Shown here in pieces: positions 57,453 to 64,000 of a stretch of 64,000 nucleotides of DNA. Source of the stretch: Clostridiales bacterium (GTDB taxonomy: Bacteria; Bacillota; Clostridia; Saccharofermentanales; Saccharofermentanaceae); assembly GCA_017451265.1 (NCBI GenBank), contig JAFSPU010000010.1, forward strand, positions 6,818 through 70,817. The letters run 5' to 3'. The position numbers and the translations under genes are program-made. Numbering within the stretch: the first letter of the stretch is position 1; every line of letters begins with the position of its first letter. The notes beneath the pieces were generated by a model. It had not been told where the DNA came from and did no database searches. It saw nothing but the letters and a program-made list of their open reading frames with translations.

Positions 57453-58632
57453 TCAGCTTATCGTAGCCCTCGCAGATCTTCTCCCAGGAGTAGTCGTTAT
57501 CTACATAAACGACGCCGTTGTCACCCATGCGGGAAACCTCGTCCTCATGGGAAAGCAGATAATCCACACAGCCCTCGAACTCCAGGAAACCCGAGTAATA
57601 CAGGCCTGCATTAGACCTTAACGCGTGGCCCTTAAGCACAGGGCAGTCCGCGGAAACGAGCACGGGCTTATTCATCTTCATGGCCTCAAGCACCACGATG
57701 GAAAGGCTCTCGAACTTACTCGGCAGCACAAGGAACTTGCATGCCGCGAGCCCTGAGAACTTATCCTCCTCGGACACGAAGCCTAAGGAAATCACGTCAT
57801 CGCGCTTGGGGATCTCGCACACGGGCTTACCCATCAGCACGAGCTTCAGCGCGGAATTCGGGTGTCTCTTCTTATACTCCGCGAAGTACTTAAACATCTC
57901 GGGGCAGCACTTATTCTCATCAATTCGGCCCACATAAAGCATGAACTCGTCCAGGCCGTACTTTTTCTTGAAAGCTTCGCCGTCGATACCGTCCGGCAGC
58001 TCCACGCCGACTCCGCCCTTACCGCCGTTGTCGGGCTTACTCAGGGACACGGGGAACAGCGCGTTAGTCAGCTCCTTCTCCACTACCGTGTTGTAGTAGA
58101 AGGCCGCGGGCAACGTAAACATCTTCTCAAAGATCCCGAGGTGGATCGGAGTCTCCTCGTGAGCCGTGGGAATGAAGATGGCCTTGTCGGCAACCTCAGG
58201 CAGACCGAAGTAAGTGGTGTAGTAAAGGTAGCATACGAACACAAAAACATCGTACTCGTCATGAAGCTCGCGCAACCTCTTGGGAAGCTCCGGGCAGTTC
58301 GGTCCCTGGCGCTCCATCCACTCCTCTTCCTTCTCCTTGGCTAGGGGCTGACGGGCCGCCGCGGCACCCAAAACTTTCTCTGAAAGCTTGTTGAACGAAT
58401 TTACGTCACGCTCCGAAACATTCGGTAAACGCTCGACTTTTACGCCGTTTAACACTGTTACACCGGGTTCGTACTCATTTTTCCAGGACTGGTAGTCGAC
58501 CGCGCAGGTGGTGAGGCAGGAAACCTCATATCCGGGTAAGGCGCACAAATGTTCTGCCACCTCACGGGTGTAAGCTTCGGCTCCTCCGTTGACCTCCAGG
58601 CCGTATCTTTGAACTACAAAACAGACCTTCAC
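57418..58632 (-). CDS. GT4 glycosyltransferase
   Basis: VQRYGLEVNGGAE, VGRID, SKFESLSIVVLEAM. Confidence 0.9.
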   Translation of the reverse strand: MKVCFVVQRYGLEVNGGAEAYTREVAEHLCALPGYEVSCLTTCAVDYQSWKNEYEPGVTVLNGVKVERLPNVSERDVNSFNKLSEKVLGAAAARQPLAKEKEEEWMERQGPNCPELPKRLRELHDEYDVFVFVCYLYYTTYFGLPEVADKAIFIPTAHEETPIHLGIFEKMFTLPAAFYYNTVVEKELTNALFPVSLSKPDNGGKGGVGVELPDGIDGEAFKKKYGLDEFMLYVGRIDENKCCPEMFKYFAEYKKRHPNSALKLVLMGKPVCEIPKRDDVISLGFVSEEDKFSGLAACKFLVLPSKFESLSIVVLEAMKMNKPVLVSADCPVLKGHALRSNAGLYYSGFLEFEGCVDYLLSHEDEVSRMGDNGVVYVDNDYSWEKICEGYDKLIRKVASKSQDA

Positions 58633-59726
58633 TTGAGTGCCTCCCTGAACTGACCCAGCTGATCCATGAACATCTTCGAAACATTCTCATAAGAGAAATA
58701 CTTAAGTCTCTCGTCCTGCTCGGCGAGCACCTTCTGCCTCAGCTCCTCGTTAAAGAGAGCCTCATGCAAAGCCTGTCCCATGAGCGCGGGGTCCTTCTTA
58801 TCAAGCAGGATTCCGGTGCCGCCCAAGGTCTCGGGCATGGCGCAGGAGTCAAATGCGATTATCGGTATCCTGAAGTACATGGCCTCCAGCAGGGGCACAC
58901 AGAAGCCCTCGTGCTCGGAAAGCTGCACGAAAGCGTCCGCACTTCTGTAGTAAGCCAGGATCTGCGGGAAAGTGATGTGACCCGTGAATACAATGTCATC
59001 GAGTCCCAGCTTCTTGGCGTACAGGCGCAGGCGCGCGGTGTACTTCTCCATGCCCTGTGTGGAGCCTGCCAGAATAAGGCGCACGGGCTCCTTATACATC
59101 TGACGGTAAGCGTACAGCATCGTCATGATGTCCTCGGGCTTCTTGTTAGGCACAATGCGTCCTACGAACAGGATGTTCTTAACCACGTGATCATTAGTAG
59201 CCGCGGGGCCGCCCATAGCTTCAAGCAGTGCGGCGTCAGGCTCCTTGGCGTAGTCCTCGAAAGGAACCAGGATGGGGCACACCTTCATGGGGCACTTGTA
59301 GCCGTAACCCTCAAGCTGGTGCATGTTAAACGAAGAGTCGTTGATGCCCGCGTCGAATGTGTCCTTCAGCGAGATGGCCTCATCGATACCCTGCGAGCAC
59401 AGCTTGGCTGCGGCACCCGAGTAAGGCACGAAGAAATCCGGCGGGGTCATGTTATGGTAGATCACGATCTTCTTGCACGGCAGGTCCTTGATCTTCTCGT
59501 TAAGCACGGTGCCCGTGGACAGGTGATACAGCATAAGGTCACCCTTACGGATCTTGGGCAGCACGTGGTAAGGCTTGATAGTCTTGCTTATAAACTTGGG
59601 GTCCAGGTGCTCGGCGTAGATCACGGACTTGATGCCGTTAGCCTTAAGCAGCTTCTGGATGGCGAGCGTGTCATTACTTACAGCATCGCCGCGGGAAAGC
59701 GTTGTCAGTACCTGGAAGATCCTCAT
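58629..59726 (-). CDS. GT4 glycosyltransferase
   Basis: GDAVSN, YHNMTP, VGRIVPNK, SEHEGFCVPLLEAM. Confidence 0.9.
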   Translation of the reverse strand: MRIFQVLTTLSRGDAVSNDTLAIQKLLKANGIKSVIYAEHLDPKFISKTIKPYHVLPKIRKGDLMLYHLSTGTVLNEKIKDLPCKKIVIYHNMTPPDFFVPYSGAAAKLCSQGIDEAISLKDTFDAGINDSSFNMHQLEGYGYKCPMKVCPILVPFEDYAKEPDAALLEAMGGPAATNDHVVKNILFVGRIVPNKKPEDIMTMLYAYRQMYKEPVRLILAGSTQGMEKYTARLRLYAKKLGLDDIVFTGHITFPQILAYYRSADAFVQLSEHEGFCVPLLEAMYFRIPIIAFDSCAMPETLGGTGILLDKKDPALMGQALHEALFNEELRQKVLAEQDERLKYFSYENVSKMFMDQLGQFREALK

Positions 59727-60085
59727 GAGAGCTCATCCAGTCTGTCCTGAAGGACGTTAATGCGTGCGAAAAGGTCCTGCTTGATCTTCTCCTGCTCGCG
59801 GAACTCCTTGAGCACGGTAAGCAGCTTGTCGTTGATGTCATTCTGCGCGTAAACGCAGGGGTTGTAGTAGAAGCCGTAGAACATGCCGCCGAGCTTCTTG
59901 GCAAGCGACGTGTACTGGGGGACTACCTTCTTGTTCTCCTCGATAAAAGCGAGCTCACGCGTGACGGAGTCCTCCATGGAAAGACCCATGAGAACGGAGA
60001 TGTCGTTAAAGTCAGCAGGGAGCGTTACGGTGCCTTCCCTGCCCTCAGCCTTAACGATGGAAGCAAAGAGTTCGCGTGCCGTCAT
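59723..60085 (-). CDS. Small coiled-coil hypothetical protein
   Basis: Overlapping start/stop with neighbours; FYYNP.VYAQN..N followed by coiled coil. Confidence 0.7.
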   Translation of the reverse strand: MTARELFASIVKAEGREGTVTLPADFNDISVLMGLSMEDSVTRELAFIEENKKVVPQYTSLAKKLGGMFYGFYYNPCVYAQNDINDKLLTVLKEFREQEKIKQDLFARINVLQDRLDELS

Positions 60086-60483
60086 GCCTTCTTCTCCAGC
60101 GCGTCAACCTTGGCCTCAAGGTCAGTCAATGTCTTCTGCAGGTCAGCGATCTCGTTTTTCTGGTTGCGCACGGCCTCGCAAACCATGTAGTAGTGGTAGT
60201 TAAGCTTATTTTGCTGGGCCACGATCGGCAGCACAAAGAAGGAACCCGCCTTGCGGATGCACTTCTTAAACAAGCGCTTGATCTTGTTGCCCTCGAGCAT
60301 CTTGTAGGCCGTTACCTCGTAGTTATACGCCAGGTACCTTACAGCCTCATCCAGCGTGGAAGCGGATGCGCCGGAAGCCTCGTCTGCGAACGACAGCGGG
60401 ATCTTGTCTGCCCCGCTCTCCTTGATGTTCGCGCGGATCTCTTCCATTATCTTCGTTACGTCGATGCCGTTAGTCTCGCTCAT
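60082..60483 (-). CDS. Small coiled-coil hypothetical protein
   Basis: IDVTKIMEEIR, KKCIRK..FFVLPIVAQQNKLN followed by coiled coil. Confidence 0.75.
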   Translation of the reverse strand: MSETNGIDVTKIMEEIRANIKESGADKIPLSFADEASGASASTLDEAVRYLAYNYEVTAYKMLEGNKIKRLFKKCIRKAGSFFVLPIVAQQNKLNYHYYMVCEAVRNQKNEIADLQKTLTDLEAKVDALEKKA

Positions 60484-60484
60484 A

Positions 60485-61807
60485 TTAACCCTGCTCTTCT
60501 GCCTTATGGCCTTGGTATTCCCAGTCGTGCTCCATGAAGAAGCCTCCGACGTCAGGCGTCTGCCTGTAAGTGTCTATCTTAAGCGCGTCCTTCCAGTAGT
60601 CCACAGGCACGCCGTCACCGTACTCAATGGAGAAGCTTACCGTGTACTGGTCGGGCATCAGCGGGATCTTGCGCATCACGATGGTGAACTCGCCGTCCTC
60701 GTTCAGGTCGAACTTCTCATGCCCGTCGATACGCGTGTTGGTGCCGTAGAGGTTCTCGCCGGAGTTTCTGAAGAAACCGATGCCGAAGACGGCGTCCTTG
60801 ATGGGTGTCTCCACATGGTAGTGCACCTTGAAGTAAACGTCAGAGCCGACCTCGAAAAGTCTCTTGCCGACGCCGTCGGGGCCGCATGCCACGATGCTCG
60901 TGATCTTAACCTCGCCTGAACCCCAGCGGTACTGTCCGCCGTTAGCTTCGACAGCTGCCTGCTGCTCGGGGATCATGGAGAGCTTCAGGTTCTCCTTATA
61001 GCGGCGCTCCTGCAGGTAAGCCACATACTCGGGCGGGATGTCCAGGTCCTTGCCTGTGGAAGCCTTGCGCTGCTCGTTCATGAACTCCAGGTACTCGCTG
61101 TGGACCGCAAGAGGCGTGCCGTCAGCTCTGATGACGCCCTCGTTGATCCAGATGGATCTGTCGCAGATGTTCTCGATCTGAGAAAGCGAGTGGGAAACGA
61201 TAACGATTGTCGTGCCCTTCTCCTTGATCTCCTGAAGCTTGCTGAAACACTTGGCCTGGAAGTTGGCGTCACCTACCGCGAGGATCTCGTCGATCAGGAG
61301 CACGTCAGCGTCCACGTTGATGGCAACGGAGAACGCGAGTCTCATGTACATACCGGAAGAATAAGTTCTAACCGGGTTGTCGATGAAGCCTGCAAGCTCA
61401 GAGAAATCGATGATGCTCTGCAGTCTTGCCTCTATCTCTTCCTTCGTCAGGCCGAAGATGGATGCATTGATGTATATGTTCTCGCGGCCGGACATGTCCG
61501 GGTGGAAGCCCGCGCCGAGCTCGAGAAGCGATGAAACGCGGCCCTTGATGTCTACGGAGCCGCCGTCCGGGTACAGGATACCCGAGATAAGCTTAAGAAG
61601 TGTGGACTTGCCGCAGCCGTTGTGGCCGATGAGGCCCACTGCCTCGCCCTTCTTGATGTCGAAGGAGACGTCGTTTAAGACCGTGCGCACCTCGTGCTTG
61701 TTACGGTTGCGGAAGAGAATGACTTCCTTCAGTGAGCGGCCCTTGTCGTAGTAGACCTTGAACTTCTTGGTAAGATTACTTACGCGGATCGCAACATCGT
61801 CTGCCAT
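60485..61807 (-). CDS. wzt: Wzt ABC ATPase with C-terminal carbohydrate-binding (Wzt_C) domain
   Basis: GHNGCGKST, YSSGM, RWGSGE start of Wzt_C. Confidence 0.95.
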   Translation of the reverse strand: MADDVAIRVSNLTKKFKVYYDKGRSLKEVILFRNRNKHEVRTVLNDVSFDIKKGEAVGLIGHNGCGKSTLLKLISGILYPDGGSVDIKGRVSSLLELGAGFHPDMSGRENIYINASIFGLTKEEIEARLQSIIDFSELAGFIDNPVRTYSSGMYMRLAFSVAINVDADVLLIDEILAVGDANFQAKCFSKLQEIKEKGTTIVIVSHSLSQIENICDRSIWINEGVIRADGTPLAVHSEYLEFMNEQRKASTGKDLDIPPEYVAYLQERRYKENLKLSMIPEQQAAVEANGGQYRWGSGEVKITSIVACGPDGVGKRLFEVGSDVYFKVHYHVETPIKDAVFGIGFFRNSGENLYGTNTRIDGHEKFDLNEDGEFTIVMRKIPLMPDQYTVSFSIEYGDGVPVDYWKDALKIDTYRQTPDVGGFFMEHDWEYQGHKAEEQG

Positions 61808-61808
61808 A

Positions 61809-62585
61809 TTACAGTTCCTCCGCGAATCTTCTCTGGAGCCTGCCGAAGACAAGCACGCCGATAAGCACGGTAACGAGACCGATGCCGATGGCGATGAGAA
61901 GTGTAGTCAGGTCCGGTGTGCGGCCGTAGTAAAGAACGTCACGGTAAGCGTTAACTATGGGCGTGACGGGGTTAAGTCTGTAAAGTGAAAGGTACTTCTC
62001 GGGCACCATCGTCTCCGGGTAGCAGATAGGTGTGGCATAAAGCCATGCCATGGCGATGATGGCGAGGATGTGCTCCAGGTCACGGAAGTAAACCGTGAGT
62101 GACGAGGAGATAAGCGCGATGCCAAGGGCCATGATGTACTCGACAAGCATGATGACCGGCAGGCACAGGATGCCGCCGATGGTAAGGTGCACGCCCGAAA
62201 CGAGCGAGACTAAGATAACTACGATAAACGACAGCAGCATGTTTACGAACTGCGACGTAACGAAAGAGATCGGGATGATCTCACGCGGGAATCTGATCTT
62301 CTTGATCAGGTCCTTCTGTGCGATGATGCAGGTGGAGCCGCCGGTGATCGCAGCCGAGAAAAACAGCCACGGGATAAGGCCGACGAACAGGTAAAGATAG
62401 AACTTCTCCACTCCCGCCTTCATGATGATGGAAAATACCATGTTGTAAACCAGAAGCTGAAGCAGCGGGTTTACAAAAGTCCACATAAAGCCCAGCACGG
62501 AACCCTTGTACTTACCACGCAAGTCCCTTTTTACGAGGCTGTATATCATCAGACGGTATTCGTAGATTTCCTTGATCTTATTCAT
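61809..62585 (-). CDS. wzm: Wzm ABC permease
   Basis: RDLRGKYKGSVLGFMWTFVNPL, FRDL, TPICYP. Confidence 0.95.
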   Translation of the reverse strand: MNKIKEIYEYRLMIYSLVKRDLRGKYKGSVLGFMWTFVNPLLQLLVYNMVFSIIMKAGVEKFYLYLFVGLIPWLFFSAAITGGSTCIIAQKDLIKKIRFPREIIPISFVTSQFVNMLLSFIVVILVSLVSGVHLTIGGILCLPVIMLVEYIMALGIALISSSLTVYFRDLEHILAIIAMAWLYATPICYPETMVPEKYLSLYRLNPVTPIVNAYRDVLYYGRTPDLTTLLIAIGIGLVTVLIGVLVFGRLQRRFAEEL

Positions 62586-63501
62586 TCTTGAGATAGTACT
62601 CGAACATTTCCTTTAAAGTATCGAAGATCGTGTATTCAGGCTCCCAGCCGAGCTTCTCCCTGATAAGGGAGTTATCGCACAGGACGATCGGTGTGTCGAT
62701 CGGGCGGAAACGCTCCTGGTCCACTACGACCTTAACGTCGTTGGTGCACAGGCTGACGATGTAGTTAAGCATCTCATCGAGGCCGTGAGCCGCGCCGCTT
62801 CCTACGTTGTAGATGATGCGGTCGTCGTCACTTTCCAGGATCATGCGGTAAGCGCGTACGATGTCACGAACATCGGAGAAATCTCTCTTGGCTGTGAGGT
62901 TGCCGACGCGGATCTCGCCCGGAACGCCTGCAGCTTCAAGGTCTGCGGCCTGCTTACAAAATGACGGCAGTACGAATGAATCGCGCTGGCCGACACCCGT
63001 GTGATTGAAAGGGCGCACATAGTAGATCTTAAGACCGTAACGGGCGCGGTAGCACTCCACGAACTGCTCCTGCGTCATCTTGGAGATGCCGTAGGGGTTG
63101 TTTCCTGCGAGGGGATCGCATTCGTTAATAGCCTCGTCCTTCTGGCTGTACTCCTCGCTGGAGCCTATAAACATTACCTTGGCGGAGCCTGCGTGCTTGC
63201 CTGCTGCCTCAAGGATATTAAGCGCGCCGACGACGTTTACCATGATGGTGGTCTGCGGGATCTTCCAGGAAGCTCCTACGGAAGAGATGGCGGCGAGATT
63301 AATGATGGCATCAGGCTCAGTCTTCTTAACCACGTCTGCCACGAACTCGGCATTAAGGAGGTCACCCTCGTAATACTCGACTCCCTCAAGACCGCATGAA
63401 GGCATGATGTCGCTTCCTGCGACCTCGTAGCCGTGGGCCTTCAGTTCATCGGTAAGATAACGGCCGACGAATCCTCCGATACCGAATATCAGTGCCTTCA
63501 T
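62578..63501 (-). CDS. rmd: GDP-4-keto-6-deoxy-D-mannose reductase (GDP-D-rhamnose synthesis)
   Basis: GSSEEY, PYGISK, RPFNHTG, VGNLTAKRDFSDVRDIVRAY resemble Aneurinibacillus Rmd; adjacent to gmd. Confidence 0.75.
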   Translation of the reverse strand: MKALIFGIGGFVGRYLTDELKAHGYEVAGSDIMPSCGLEGVEYYEGDLLNAEFVADVVKKTEPDAIINLAAISSVGASWKIPQTTIMVNVVGALNILEAAGKHAGSAKVMFIGSSEEYSQKDEAINECDPLAGNNPYGISKMTQEQFVECYRARYGLKIYYVRPFNHTGVGQRDSFVLPSFCKQAADLEAAGVPGEIRVGNLTAKRDFSDVRDIVRAYRMILESDDDRIIYNVGSGAAHGLDEMLNYIVSLCTNDVKVVVDQERFRPIDTPIVLCDNSLIREKLGWEPEYTIFDTLKEMFEYYLKNE

Positions 63502-64000
63502 CAGGAGATGCCGGCTTCCTTCTTTGCAAGCTGGAGGTCATGCTCAGCCATGATGCGGCAGAGCTCCTCGTAAGATGTCTTCTGAGGGTTCCAGCCAAGC
63601 TTTGTCTTAGCCTTTGTAGGATCACCCCAGAGGTTAACAACGTCTGTAGGTCTGAACCACTGAGGGTTAACGCATACGAGCATCTTGCCCGTCTTCTTGT
63701 CGTAGCCCTTCTCCTCGAGGCCCTCGCCCTTCCACTCAAGCTCGATGCCGTCGTTAGCGAAAGCGAGTGTGGTGAACTCACGAACTGTGTGCTGAACACC
63801 TGTGGCGATTACGTAATCGTCAGGCTCGTCCTGCTGGAGGATAAGCCACATGCACTCAACGTAGTCCTTAGCGTAACCCCAGTCACGGAGTGAATCGAGG
63901 TTACCGAGCTCGAGGTGGTCCTGAAGTCCGCAAGCGATACGGCCTGCAGCTCTTGTGATCTTTCTTGTAACGAATGTCTCGCCTCTTCTTTCAGACTCGT
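63501..64000 (-). CDS. gmd: GDP-mannose 4,6-dehydratase (partial, 5' end beyond window)
   Basis: [45 protein letters not shown]. Confidence 0.95.
   Translation of the reverse strand, partial: ESERRGETFVTRKITRAAGRIACGLQDHLELGNLDSLRDWGYAKDYVECMWLILQQDEPDDYVIATGVQHTVREFTTLAFANDGIELEWKGEGLEEKGYDKKTGKMLVCVNPQWFRPTDVVNLWGDPTKAKTKLGWNPQKTSYEELCRIMAEHDLQLAKKEAGIS

Overview
Chromosomal window from a Firmicute, probably an anaerobic Clostridia (inferred from gene content and order: vanW-dnaD-dnaC-acpS, yfhO, Gram-positive-type pil operon with no secretin; genus not determinable). It is dominated by cell-envelope functions. (1) 2.2-12.1 kb: a type IVa pilus locus (pilB with tandem MshEN motifs, pilT, pilC, pilM/N/O) followed by four prepilins. 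The putative major pilin has its own promoter and terminator and is only 58 aa when mature, essentially headless. A K/PilX-like large pilin lies apart at 15.3-17.3 kb. (2) Housekeeping and envelope genes (yebC, tandem yfhO, DAG kinase, htrA, yigZ, serS). (3) An AT-rich ~13.7 kb polysaccharide cassette between serS and rpmB in two convergent arms, including a GT99-like transferase, a CMP-ulosonate synthetase and a DRE-TIM aldolase. (4) rpmB, a catalytically degenerate NlpC/P60 protein, acpS, dnaC, dnaD and vanW. (5) A GDP-D-rhamnose / Wzm-Wzt glycan locus that runs off the right edge. No tRNA, rRNA, CRISPR array, integrase, transposase or reverse transcriptase was seen. Product calls come from motif recognition by eye, not database searches. 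GC figures are spot counts of single 60-nt lines.
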